The notes: generated by a model from the letters alone, not told the origin. Positions 41,219-51,336 are shown, counted from the whole stretch's first letter. The stretch is 59,864 bases of DNA, filler included, from 8 parts of 8 records of this genome joined end to end with filler, not necessarily neighbours in it, one strand, 5' to 3'. Program-made: numbers and translations.

Positions 41219-41422
41219 TTAATAACTAGCTTTATAAAAAGCTTCCCACTCAGCCGTTTCTTTGTATAAAATCTCTTTTTTGTTAGATTTTCCAACCACA
41301 ACACCATTTGAACTATTAGTACTGCTTTTACTACTTGCAATTGCAGCGGTAGCTCCTCCAGCAGCAACTAAAGCACTAGCACCAAGAGTTTTTTTGATAA
41401 AACTCCTTCTTTTTTCTTTCAT
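41219..41422 (-). CDS. Small Tat-signal protein preceding fdhA
   Basis: RRSFIKK and NGVVVGKSNKKEILY...WEAFYK. Confidence 0.8.
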   Translation of the reverse strand: MKEKRRSFIKKTLGASALVAAGGATAAIASSKSSTNSSNGVVVGKSNKKEILYKETAEWEAFYKASY

Positions 41423-41501
41423 TGCTCTCCTCCAAGCTTAAATTTCTCCTTCATTTAAAAGAGATACTACAAAAAAGATTTTTTTCTCTAGTATCTTTTC
41501 T

Positions 41502-41590
41502 AAATATGCAAATTTTGCATATTTAAGCAAAGCAATAAAAATTGTAATAACAATTTGAAATAGTTTCAAATATGCTGATTTGGCATATTT
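41502..41590. repeat. Two copies of the palindrome AAATATGC-N7-GCATATTT
   Basis: Copies at 41502-41524 and 41568-41590, 66 bp apart. Confidence 0.8.
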
Positions 41591-41608
41591 AAAACTAAAA
41601 AAAATGAA

Positions 41609-42316
41609 CTATAAACTTGTAACCTCGTCAAAGTTTCTTTTTGCTCTTTTTGTGAAACCTTTTTTCTTTTGATGGAATAAATCTTGTTGAACTCTAGTTT
41701 TTGTAGATTCAAGTTTTTTTACATCTAAGTAAACTCTTTCTAGTTCTATAAAAACTTTTAAAATAACTGCAATATTTTTATAAAAAGAACTACTTTCATG
41801 AAAATAGATATTTTCTACAAATCTGTCAATGATTCCATTTAATATATTTGCAAAAACATCAATAACCAATTGGTTTTTATCTTTTTGTATATCGTGTTCA
41901 ATTACTTTTTGTAAAAATTCAAAAATAAATGCTATATGGTCTTCAGCTTCTTTAAAATTTTCACTATCTTTTCTGAAGTTTGATTTTAAAACATAATTTG
42001 TCATCTCAACTCTTTTTTGTCCATCATCCCTATCCTCTTCATAATAAGAAGCAGTTACAGGTATAAATGTAGTACTTGGACTAAAAAAAAGATTATTGTT
42101 TTCCTCTTTCAAACCGTTATAACCTTTTTCATCAAAATATTTTTTAATATTTTCAAAGGCAACTTTGCTATTTTCATCAATTGGATTTTCACTTAAAAAT
42201 TCAATTGTATGTACAACCTTCTCATAATCACTTTTACTATCAATAAAAGAAAAAAGAGAAGAGAAAAGTCCATAGTATAGGACTCTTGCTCTATTTAATC
42301 TCTCGTTATTTATCAT
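41609..42316 (-). CDS. TorD/DmsD-family chaperone for FDH
   Basis: TASYY and EAEDHIAFIFEF motifs; upstream of fdhA. Confidence 0.85.
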   Translation of the reverse strand: MINNERLNRARVLYYGLFSSLFSFIDSKSDYEKVVHTIEFLSENPIDENSKVAFENIKKYFDEKGYNGLKEENNNLFFSPSTTFIPVTASYYEEDRDDGQKRVEMTNYVLKSNFRKDSENFKEAEDHIAFIFEFLQKVIEHDIQKDKNQLVIDVFANILNGIIDRFVENIYFHESSSFYKNIAVILKVFIELERVYLDVKKLESTKTRVQQDLFHQKKKGFTKRAKRNFDEVTSL

Positions 42317-44016
42317 AAACTTACACCTTGAGGATTATTATATGAACCTTTATTTTCCATATAACTTTTCATCATAATTTTTGGTTTACAATCTTCACAA
42401 CAATAAAGAGTTCTCTCTTTGATTGGGTCAGATGCAAAGATTGGTGCCATAATTCCTGCAATTTTTTCAACTGCTTTTTTAGTAGCAAACTCTTTCCCAC
42501 ACTCGATACAGGCAAAAAGTTCATCTTGTGCTAAGATTTCTTCTTTAAACCAAGTTGGGTTTAGTTTTATTACATCTTGTTCTATTGTTAAACAGTCTTT
42601 TTCTGGACAAGTAACTTCACAGTATCCACATGATGTACAAACTGAAGCGTTTAGTCTTAGAGTGTTATCACTTGCATCTGCAAAAATTGCATTTACATTA
42701 CAGGCTCCAACACATGAAAGACAAAGTGTACATTTAGATTCGTCAACTTTTACATGACCATAATGAACATTTTCACCAGTTTTTACAACTCCTAAATCTT
42801 CATTCCCAACAATGTGAGATAATCTAATAGCAAACTGCTCTCTTTTGTTCATTTGCATATCACTAAGTTTATATCTAGAACCCTCAATAAAATCAACTTT
42901 TTTCAGAGCTTTTTCTAACTCTTTTTCATCCATAGCAACAAGAATTGCATCTTTTTTATATTTTGCTTGATAAACTTGATTTAATATCGAAATAGAATCT
43001 TTTGTTCCTTTTGATAAAAAGTCTGTATAGAATACAACTTGTGAACCTGATTCTTGTAAAAGTGTTAATAAAGTAGCTTCATGTAAAAACTTTTCACCTT
43101 CAATTTTAAAAGGTAATACATCTTCTTTTAGTTTTACACTTAAAGAAGAGATGTTCATCTTTTCAGGGATAATTAAAGGGATTTGGTTTTCATAATATCT
43201 ACTCATTTGAGATATAGTTTCTCTGTTTGAAGGCGTATAATCAATAGCTCCACTAGGACAGATTGAAACACATCCTCCACAACCATGACAATCAATTTGA
43301 GAAAACTCTAAGTGTCTGTTTGATTCGTCTTTTACAATTGCAACTGTAGGACAAACATCAGCGCATCTTCCACAGATATCTTCTCTTCTTTCATGGTATT
43401 GACAAATTGTTTTGTCATATGTAGTGAATTTTTTGTATTCAAAGTTTGAGATGTTTTCTCTAATTTTTGCTAAAACATCATCTACTGAACTTTTTAAAGG
43501 ATCAAAACATCCACTTTGTTTTGTACCTAATTCTTTTTCATCAAACCATATTATTTGATCAACTTTTAAATCTATTGACTTTTCATCATCTTTAACTGTA
43601 ACTGTTAAGTTTCCAATATGACCATTGATATCTTCAATAATATCTTCTTGAATATGAAATAAATCAAATTCATCAGATACAAGATGTTTTAAAACTTCAT
43701 TTTTTTGATTATTGTCACAAACTAATAAAACTTTATTTGATACATCTTGAGAATAAACCATATCTTGCGCTAAATCAAATCTATCTGCATTTACTTCATA
43801 AAGCTTTTCAACATTTTTAATTTTTTTAGCAAGTGGATCTGTACTATTATTTATATAAAAGTCTATTTCATTTGCAACTAATTCAGTATTTGTCATACTT
43901 ACATTTGATACAATAAAGTTATCATCTTTGTAGTCAATCAATTTATTGGTTACAACAATTGATTCAGAAAGGGGAAAGTCAATTCCATTTGGATTGTAAT
44001 AGATAAATTCCTGCAT
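42313..44016 (-). CDS. Multi-4Fe-4S protein associated with the FDH operon
   Basis: CGRCADVCP, CHGCGGCVSICP, CTLCLSCVGAC, CTSCGYCEVTCP, CIECG and CCEDC. Confidence 0.88.
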   Translation of the reverse strand: MQEFIYYNPNGIDFPLSESIVVTNKLIDYKDDNFIVSNVSMTNTELVANEIDFYINNSTDPLAKKIKNVEKLYEVNADRFDLAQDMVYSQDVSNKVLLVCDNNQKNEVLKHLVSDEFDLFHIQEDIIEDINGHIGNLTVTVKDDEKSIDLKVDQIIWFDEKELGTKQSGCFDPLKSSVDDVLAKIRENISNFEYKKFTTYDKTICQYHERREDICGRCADVCPTVAIVKDESNRHLEFSQIDCHGCGGCVSICPSGAIDYTPSNRETISQMSRYYENQIPLIIPEKMNISSLSVKLKEDVLPFKIEGEKFLHEATLLTLLQESGSQVVFYTDFLSKGTKDSISILNQVYQAKYKKDAILVAMDEKELEKALKKVDFIEGSRYKLSDMQMNKREQFAIRLSHIVGNEDLGVVKTGENVHYGHVKVDESKCTLCLSCVGACNVNAIFADASDNTLRLNASVCTSCGYCEVTCPEKDCLTIEQDVIKLNPTWFKEEILAQDELFACIECGKEFATKKAVEKIAGIMAPIFASDPIKERTLYCCEDCKPKIMMKSYMENKGSYNNPQGVSL

Positions 44017-44167
44017 AAACTATGCCTTTGGTAAAATATTATTTACCAATTTTAGTTTGTATAAACTTAGTTTATTCTTAAAATGTTAATATTATTTTAC
44101 TTTTTGATATAATATGTAACTTTTTAGTAAAATATTCTTAAATAAATAAATCAAAAAAGGAGAATTA

Positions 44168-45316
44168 TTGCTTAAATATGTTTCAGCTTTTGTTTTAATA
44201 ATTATTACAGTTTTTTTTATATTTAGACTTGATACTTATTCAAATAAAACTATAGTTCTAGGTGCCTCTTTACCAAAAACAGGTATTATGAAAGAATGGG
44301 GAAGAAGTGTTGAAATTGGTTCAAATGCATACTTCAAGTTTGTAAATGAAAGAAAACTACTTCCAAATGGAAAACAGATTAAGCTAATTACCCTAGATGA
44401 TAAATATGAGCCAGATTTAACCCTTGAAAATACTATGAAGCTTTTAGAAAGAGATGACTTATTTGCACTTTATGGATATGTAGGAACTCCTACAGTAAAA
44501 AATATTTTACATATTATTGTTGATACAAATATCCCTTTTATTGCTCCATTTACAGGAGCTTCTTTTTTAAGAGATACAAAATACGAAAATATTGTAAATT
44601 TTCGTTCCTCATATAAAGAGGAGATTGATGGTATAGTAAAGTATCTATTTGAGAAAAAAAATATAAGAGACTTTGCAGTTTTTTATCAAAATGATATTTA
44701 TGGTGAAGAGGGATACATATCTTTAATTTCATCTTTGAAAAAAAGAGACTTGAATTTGATAGGAGAAGGAACATATAAAAGAAACACATTATCTATCAAA
44801 CACGCATTTAAAGAGATTAAAAAAAGTCAACCGGAAGCAGTTTTAATGGTTGGTTCATATAAAGCAAACTCTTTATTTATAAAAAGAGCTATGGAAGATG
44901 AAGATTTGAAAAATGTGATTTTTTGTAGTATCTCATTTAGTGATGCAAATGAAATGATTAAAAACCTTGATGAAAATAGTGTTAAAAATATAATTTTTTC
45001 TGAAGTTATACCAAGTACAGATAACTATACAATTGATGTTATAAATGAATATAAATATCTAATGAAAAGATATTATCCAAATGAACAATTAGGTTTTATA
45101 TCTTTAGAATCATTTTTAATAGCAAAAGTTACGGTTAAAGCTTTAAAAGAAGCAAATGAATCTTTAACTTATGAAAACTTTTTAGACAAAATAAAAAATC
45201 ATTCAGAAAATGCCCTGGAAGGGATAAAACTAAACTATAAAAACACTGAACTTTTGAACAATACTTATCTTTTCAAATATAAAAATTCAAAATTTGTAGA
45301 GCTTGAAAATGAATAG
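44168..45316 (+). CDS. Periplasmic binding protein (LivJ-like)
   Basis: LDDKYEP, GYVGTPT, PFTGA, RSSY and FYQND.YG motifs. Confidence 0.85.
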   Translation: MLKYVSAFVLIIITVFFIFRLDTYSNKTIVLGASLPKTGIMKEWGRSVEIGSNAYFKFVNERKLLPNGKQIKLITLDDKYEPDLTLENTMKLLERDDLFALYGYVGTPTVKNILHIIVDTNIPFIAPFTGASFLRDTKYENIVNFRSSYKEEIDGIVKYLFEKKNIRDFAVFYQNDIYGEEGYISLISSLKKRDLNLIGEGTYKRNTLSIKHAFKEIKKSQPEAVLMVGSYKANSLFIKRAMEDEDLKNVIFCSISFSDANEMIKNLDENSVKNIIFSEVIPSTDNYTIDVINEYKYLMKRYYPNEQLGFISLESFLIAKVTVKALKEANESLTYENFLDKIKNHSENALEGIKLNYKNTELLNNTYLFKYKNSKFVELENE

Positions 45317-46943
45317 AAAAACAAAACTTCAACTAAGGCTTTTCAATAGATTAATATCTACATTTTTTAAATATTTTGATACATTGTCATTCTCTTATAA
45401 AACATATTTTCTTAGTTTTATTATTGCAGGTGGAATGATTATGATAATTTTACTATCACAAATATCTGTTTATACTTTAAAAAATGACTTTGATGTACTT
45501 TTCAAAAAAAGAACTAAGCCAATTATTCAGTTAGAAAATATCAAAGATACATATAAAATCAATATTTATGATACTTTCTATGATATTCAACATAAAAATA
45601 TTGAGATTAAAGAATCAAAAGATATTATAAGTTTAGGGCAACAACTTATCAATAAAAACTGGAAAAGCTACAAAAATATCTCTTTAGGAAAAGATACAAA
45701 AAGATCAAATGTTTCTATTTTGACAAGTCAGCTTTTTAGTATTGAAAACAATCAATACAATACTGTACTTCATGAAAATATTGTTTCAAATATAAATATA
45801 AAAATTGAAGAACTTCATAGAACTATAAACAATATTGTAAGACTTTTAGAAAATGAAAAATATGTTGATGCTGATAAAGAGATAGATACTATTTACTCAA
45901 GAATCAACTCTGTAAATATTTATATTTCAAACCTTATTAACTACGATTTAAATCTTGCCATTATAGAAAGAGATAGAACACAAAGAGTTTATCACACTTT
46001 AACACTAGTATTAAATATCTCTATTGTATTTGTATTCGTTTTTTCTATTGCCTTATCATTAATTGTTATTAGTAACTTTAGAAAACTACACTTTGGACTT
46101 GAAGATGCTGTAAATGAAAAAACTAAAGAGTTACAAGAATTAAATGAATCTTTGGAAAAAAGAATTAAAATGGAGGTTGCAAACTCTAGAAAAAAAGACT
46201 TGATTATGTTTCAACAGTCGAAACTAGTAAGTTTAGGTGAAATGCTTGGAAATATTGCACATCAATGGAGACAGCCTTTAGGTTCACTAATGATGATTAT
46301 TCAATCTTTCCAAACAAAAATGGAACTTGGAAAACTCTCTTATGATTTTGTTGAAAAGAAAACTCAAGATGCAGTTTTACTCGCAGAAAATATGTCAAAT
46401 ACTCTTGAAGATTTTCAAAACTTTTTTAGTCCAAACAAAGACAAAACATATTTTAGTGTTCAAGATTGTATAAAACACTCAATAGAACTATCTAAATATA
46501 TTTTAGAAAAAGAAAATATTAAACTCAATCTTATAGTTGAAAAAGATTTGAAAATACATGGATTTTACAATGAATTATCACATGTTGTGCTAAATATGAT
46601 TTCAAATTCTAAAGATGCATTAAAAAATTTAGATAAAAAAAGAATTATAAAAATTGTTATAAAAGAATATAAAGAAAATGTACGAATAAATATCTATGAT
46701 AATGGTGGAGGTATCGAAGAATCGGTACTTCCACAAATCTTTGAGCCATATTATACAACTAAATACAAAAGTGCAGGAACTGGTATTGGATTATATATGT
46801 CTAAACAAATCGTTGAAAAACATATGAATGGTAATATAAAATGTAAGAATGTTTATAATAAAATAGATGGTAACCAGTTAGAGTTTGGTGCGCTGTTTAT
46901 AATTGATATACCACTAGAAAAAGAAGGAAATACTAATGATTGA
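45303..46943 (+). CDS. Membrane sensor histidine kinase
   Basis: Two TM helices, NIAHQWRQPL H-box, DNGGG and GTGIGLY. Confidence 0.95.
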   Translation: MKMNRKTKLQLRLFNRLISTFFKYFDTLSFSYKTYFLSFIIAGGMIMIILLSQISVYTLKNDFDVLFKKRTKPIIQLENIKDTYKINIYDTFYDIQHKNIEIKESKDIISLGQQLINKNWKSYKNISLGKDTKRSNVSILTSQLFSIENNQYNTVLHENIVSNINIKIEELHRTINNIVRLLENEKYVDADKEIDTIYSRINSVNIYISNLINYDLNLAIIERDRTQRVYHTLTLVLNISIVFVFVFSIALSLIVISNFRKLHFGLEDAVNEKTKELQELNESLEKRIKMEVANSRKKDLIMFQQSKLVSLGEMLGNIAHQWRQPLGSLMMIIQSFQTKMELGKLSYDFVEKKTQDAVLLAENMSNTLEDFQNFFSPNKDKTYFSVQDCIKHSIELSKYILEKENIKLNLIVEKDLKIHGFYNELSHVVLNMISNSKDALKNLDKKRIIKIVIKEYKENVRINIYDNGGGIEESVLPQIFEPYYTTKYKSAGTGIGLYMSKQIVEKHMNGNIKCKNVYNKIDGNQLEFGALFIIDIPLEKEGNTND

Positions 46944-47601
46944 AAGAGACCTGAATATTTTAAATAACTTTAATCTTCTTTACCTTGAAGATGACAAATC
47001 TTTATTAACTCACACAAAAGATATCTTAGATGATTTTGTTGGAAAAGTTTATGCTGTGAATACATCAAGAGAAGCTTTAGAAGTTATAGAAAAAGAAAAA
47101 GTTCATGTAATTATTTCAGATATACTTTTAGAAAATGAAAATGGTATAGATTTTTTAAGAGAACTAAAAGAGGAAAGAGAAATTGATATTCCTACTATTT
47201 TGATTACGGCACACACTGATACAAAATATCTTTTAGATGCAATCAAATTAAAAGTAGAAAACTATATTGTTAAGCCAATTAATATCAAAGAATTATTAAA
47301 TACAATCCATGATATTGTATTTCCTATTATTCAAGCACAAGAGATACAAAAAAACTCAAATGTTATCAAAATGATTTCAGCAGTAACAGATGGAAAACAA
47401 GTAGAGGTTATAAAATATATTATAAGTCACCTAGATAAAGATTCAAACTTTGTAGCTTCTTACAGCGATATTATGAACCAAATATCTATTTCTAAACCCA
47501 CTTTGATTAAACTATTTAAAGAGCTTTCTGAAAAGAAAATATTAGTAAAATCAGCACATAAAACCTATAAGTTTGACGAAAACGAATTAAACAAAATTTA
47601 A
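46936..47601 (+). CDS. Response regulator with C-terminal HTH
   Basis: LEDD, ISDI, TAH and KP receiver motifs; ISKPTLIK HTH. Confidence 0.92.
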   Translation: MIERDLNILNNFNLLYLEDDKSLLTHTKDILDDFVGKVYAVNTSREALEVIEKEKVHVIISDILLENENGIDFLRELKEEREIDIPTILITAHTDTKYLLDAIKLKVENYIVKPINIKELLNTIHDIVFPIIQAQEIQKNSNVIKMISAVTDGKQVEVIKYIISHLDKDSNFVASYSDIMNQISISKPTLIKLFKELSEKKILVKSAHKTYKFDENELNKI

Positions 47602-47610
47602 AGGATAAAA

Positions 47611-48105
47611 TTGAAACCAGATATTACAAAAGTTGCAAATGTAATACTATATATGTTGGATAACGAAGTTAGCCACCTAAACGACAAAAAACTATCAATT
47701 CTACTATTTTTAATAGAATTTGAACACCTAAATAAATATGGAAAAAAGATATTTGATTTAGAGTTTATAAAACAAAAAAGAAACCCGGAGCCTCTAGTGT
47801 TGTCAGAAATTTTTGATATTATCGCAAATAGTGAAGACTTAGATGAAGAGGATGAAAGATTATATATAATTACTGAATTATTGGATTATCTTGATATTGA
47901 AATTCTTACAAATGATAAATTTATAGAGCTTAAATTTATTAAGATGGAAGAAGAATTTGATGTTTCATTATTTACAAAAGAAGAGATGGAAACTATTAAA
48001 ACTATTAGTGATTTATATAAAGAATCTACAGGAAGAAATGTAGCAAATGCTTGCTTCAAAATTGATGCAGTTAGAAACACTGCACTTGATGAAATAATAA
48101 TTTAA
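47611..48105 (+). CDS. Degenerate Panacea/SocA (DUF4065)-like protein
   Basis: KVANVILY...KKLSILLFLIEFEHLNKYGKKI...PEP...FTKEEMETIK resembles the Panacea pattern. Confidence 0.55.
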   Translation: MKPDITKVANVILYMLDNEVSHLNDKKLSILLFLIEFEHLNKYGKKIFDLEFIKQKRNPEPLVLSEIFDIIANSEDLDEEDERLYIITELLDYLDIEILTNDKFIELKFIKMEEEFDVSLFTKEEMETIKTISDLYKESTGRNVANACFKIDAVRNTALDEIII

Positions 48106-48129
48106 TTAGGCTTTAAAAGCCTAATTAAA
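48101..48129. terminator. Hairpin overlapping both convergent stop codons
   Basis: TTTAATTAGGCTTT-A-AAAGCCTAATTAAA. Confidence 0.7.
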
Positions 48130-48599
48130 AACTTTCCCACTCATCATCAGATGAACTCTCAGATATTACTTTTTTAGCTTGAGCTACTTTATTTATATTT
48201 GGCTTTTTAGGTACAGATTTTTTTTCATCTCTTTTGTCCCTACTTTCAGTACTGGTGATATCTTTCTTTTTTACAGAATCTTTGCCATTAAATTCTTTTG
48301 TATTAGCATTATCAACTATCAGTTTTGCTAAAGAATCAGTAGTAACTGCAACATCGTGCGTATGAGCAGCAACATCAGCATTCTGTTGTGTTTGTTGGTC
48401 AAGTAATGAAACTGCATCATTAATCTGCTCTATTCCCATTAATTGTTCTTTACTAGACATTTCAACATCTGAAATCAAATCAATAGTTTGAGAGATATCA
48501 CTACTTAATGTTTTATAACCATTAATCATATCAGTTGCAATATTTTTACCCTCATTTGCTTTTGTTGTAGCATTTTCAACAAGTTCTTTAATCTCTTTT
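48125..48599 (-). CDS. Methyl-accepting chemotaxis protein, C-terminal part
   Basis: SSKEQLMGIEQINDAV..LDQQTQQNA and C-terminal pentapeptide EWESF. Confidence 0.92.
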
Positions 48600-48699
48600 N
48601 NNNNNNNNNNNNNNNNNNNNNNNNNNNNNNNNNNNNNNNNNNNTTAATTAATTAANNNNNNNNNNNNNNNNNNNNNNNNNNNNNNNNNNNNNNNNNNNN
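48600..48699. other. Artificial contig spacer
   Basis: Same linker. Confidence 0.98.
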
Positions 48700-48924
48700 A
48701 TTAATAAGGGGGATATAATTATTGATATGCTCTAATATGTGTGAGCAAAGTATAAACTTAACTGAATTATCTGGAAAAGGGATGGACGCCGTTTCAAGGT
48801 CTAATTCAATATCTACTATCTGGTCGGTTTTTACCCTGTCTATATTGACAAATCCCTCCCGGTAGTCGTAACCACAACCGAGATTTAGACATAATTCTGT
48901 AGAATTTTCGTAATTATTATCGAT
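48700..48924 (-). CDS. SAM-dependent methyltransferase, 3'-truncated, no canonical start codon
   Basis: Not in ORF track. Manual translation gives ...TELCLNLGCGYDYREGFVNIDRVKTDQIVDIELDLETASIPFPDNSVKFILCSHILEHINNYIPLIN. Confidence 0.8.
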
Positions 48925-49352
48925 GTTGAAATTCCTTTCAAGTTTTCTATAAAACGAATCTCATTGTTCCCTACCGCTTCAACCTCTTTTTGATTTAAGG
49001 TTGAAAGCGTGTAGTCGTTGCCTTTGACGAATACATCAGGTTTTAATTTTTTAATTAACTTATAAGGGCTTTTGTCATTAAAGAGTACGATATAATCAAC
49101 CGCCTCTAATCCTGCCAGTGCCTTAGCCCTGAAATATTCGTCTTGAATTTGACTCTTTTTGTGTTTTATTCTTCTTAGTGATTTATCGCTGTTAAGTCCT
49201 ACAACAAGTACATCACCAAGAGATTTGGCCTGTTCTAAATAATGAACATGTCCAGCGTGTAACAGAACAAAGCATCCGTTAGTCCAGACAACCCTTTTAT
49301 TACGGGTCTGTTTTATGACTTCATTTAGTGTCGTTATTTTCATGAAGTCCAT
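48885..49352 (-). CDS. HldE/RfaE domain II-like nucleotidyltransferase (cytidylyltransferase superfamily)
   Basis: WTNGCFVLLHAGH, VVGLNSD, KPDVFVKGNDY and GISTS. Confidence 0.88.
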   Translation of the reverse strand: MDFMKITTLNEVIKQTRNKRVVWTNGCFVLLHAGHVHYLEQAKSLGDVLVVGLNSDKSLRRIKHKKSQIQDEYFRAKALAGLEAVDYIVLFNDKSPYKLIKKLKPDVFVKGNDYTLSTLNQKEVEAVGNNEIRFIENLKGISTSIIITKILQNYV

Positions 49353-50634
49353 CCACTTTGTCCCTGACGTCCTTTTCCGTGCGCTCCGCTATTTTCTGGT
49401 CGACATAATTCCCGTCGAAACACTCTTGCAATACTAAAGGCTCATGATGTTTGACTTTCTTTGCACGGACTTTCAGGTTAACACCTTCATCTTTTATTGT
49501 GACATCTGACAAGCACGTACTGGATGCGAACATGTCCTCAAGCATCCATCGGACAAAGCCATTCTTGTGTTGCTGAAATTCCACATCCTGAGAACCGTAA
49601 ATCATTTGCCAATAATACTGGTCTTGTTCGCCGGCTAAAATCTGTTTAAAAGCGTGTTCCAAATTCGGAACGTTTATGATTAATTCACCACCGACTTTTA
49701 AAATCCGTGTCCACTCTGAAATGCAATCTACAGTCTCGGATGGTGGAAAATGTTCAAGTACATGTGAAGCAACAGCCACATCATAGGTCTGGTCATCAAC
49801 AGGAATATCTCGGACATCACATCTCAAATCTGGATTGACTTCTTCCCTAATGTCCATTCTTACATGTTTACCGGGAATGTGTTCGTGTTGGAACTTATCA
49901 GAACCGATTACAGCTACAAGTCTATCACTTGACTCTAAATTCTTTTTGCCTGTAAATTGTAGCATGTCGGCTTGAAGTCCGAACATAGCTCCAGTTCGCC
50001 TGTCCTGATGCTTACATTGTATAGATGTATCGCACCAAATTTCATAACCAAGCTGTTTTGCACGGGCATAAAAGTAAAAATCTTCGGTATTAATCGCTCC
50101 CGGTTTACATGCCTTGCCGTTGTTGTCACGAAACCAAGTCCAATCACGGGAGAAATAAGGGTATCCAATATCCTTGAAAACTTTTGTATTAACCAGTAAA
50201 CAATCGCACCCGGCAAAGTCTACCTCAAAGAATTCACCTACTTTCCAATCCTCGTATGGGCCTTCCAATCCACGCCAAATATAAGGATGGGTCGGTTGTT
50301 CCTTTGTCCAGTATACACCTGTTACAATCTCTTTGTCCCTGGACAACATTTTCATAATAGTGTCATGGGGAACAAAAACATCATCAGCTATAAAGAAAAC
50401 CCATTCCGCTCCTATTGATAGGGCATGTTCTACAATATCGTTTCGGGCTACGTCGACTATCTTGTCAACTACATTTTTTTTAGTGACTATAGAGCCTAGT
50501 GGCGTCTGAATGTTTGACCACATTCCGGCCCACTCAATTGATATGCCGCCGCCGGTCTTACCTTTGCCGTCGAATTTCTCAGAATAAGTAGGACAGCCAA
50601 TCACAACTAAAGGAGCAAGTTTTTTATTAATCAT
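49321..50634 (-). CDS. GT-A (GT2-like) glycosyltransferase fused to a SAM methyltransferase
   Basis: N-half: ARNDIV, FIADD (DxD-like), GCDCLLV, TEDFYF, CKH. C-half: ASHVLEHF, RILKVGG, VPN, HKNGF. Confidence 0.82.
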   Translation of the reverse strand: MINKKLAPLVVIGCPTYSEKFDGKGKTGGGISIEWAGMWSNIQTPLGSIVTKKNVVDKIVDVARNDIVEHALSIGAEWVFFIADDVFVPHDTIMKMLSRDKEIVTGVYWTKEQPTHPYIWRGLEGPYEDWKVGEFFEVDFAGCDCLLVNTKVFKDIGYPYFSRDWTWFRDNNGKACKPGAINTEDFYFYARAKQLGYEIWCDTSIQCKHQDRRTGAMFGLQADMLQFTGKKNLESSDRLVAVIGSDKFQHEHIPGKHVRMDIREEVNPDLRCDVRDIPVDDQTYDVAVASHVLEHFPPSETVDCISEWTRILKVGGELIINVPNLEHAFKQILAGEQDQYYWQMIYGSQDVEFQQHKNGFVRWMLEDMFASSTCLSDVTIKDEGVNLKVRAKKVKHHEPLVLQECFDGNYVDQKIAERTEKDVRDKVDGLHENNDTK

Positions 50635-51305
50635 ATTAAATTCCTCCTTATTGTTGCATTAGCCACTTCTTTCATTAATTCACTTGGTTTCGGTATGTAG
50701 GCTTGTTCCTCGTTTGATTTTGCGTCTGTCGCTGGTTTTAACTCAGTAGCTTTTCCTGGTTTCTCAATAGTCTCTTTAGGCTCCGTATTCGCTGTGGCTA
50801 TCAAATTAAAGTTTTCTGACTTTATATTGATATTCGCAAATCCAACGTGGTTTAATTTCGATTCCAAAGAACGTGCTGTAAATCCTGTTTTATGAGCCAT
50901 AAAAACATTGCCACCTTCAATGTCTGGTCTGTATCCAAAAACTACGTCAATAGCTGAAATCGGGCCTCTGTCGGACTGGTATATCGGTTCTTCGAGTTTA
51001 TCGGTGGCAATGTACTTGGCTATTTCCTTCAAGTCCGGGGTCTTTAAATATAAAAGTCCACCCGGTTTTAGAACTCTTTTAAATTCTTCCAGAGCCTTAA
51101 AAACTTCATGAAAATAAAGATGCTCAAGGTTCTGGTCTGAAAATATTGCATCAAAGCTCCCGGATTCAACGTCTTTCATGTCTGTAATACTATTTACGAT
51201 GTCCGGGGTTACGCTTTCGTCAATATCAAGTCTGGTTTCTTCAAAATTTTTAAATGCTTCTGGCAATGCGTGTGATTTTCCACACCCCACATGTAATACT
51301 TTCAT
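50631..51305 (-). CDS. Class I SAM-dependent methyltransferase
   Basis: LHVGCG, RLDID, NLEHL, RVLKPGG, TPDL and AHKTGF. Confidence 0.9.
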   Translation of the reverse strand: MKVLHVGCGKSHALPEAFKNFEETRLDIDESVTPDIVNSITDMKDVESGSFDAIFSDQNLEHLYFHEVFKALEEFKRVLKPGGLLYLKTPDLKEIAKYIATDKLEEPIYQSDRGPISAIDVVFGYRPDIEGGNVFMAHKTGFTARSLESKLNHVGFANINIKSENFNLIATANTEPKETIEKPGKATELKPATDAKSNEEQAYIPKPSELMKEVANATIRRNLI

Positions 51306-51336
51306 TTGTCCGTCCGGTCGTTTAATGAAAAGTTAA

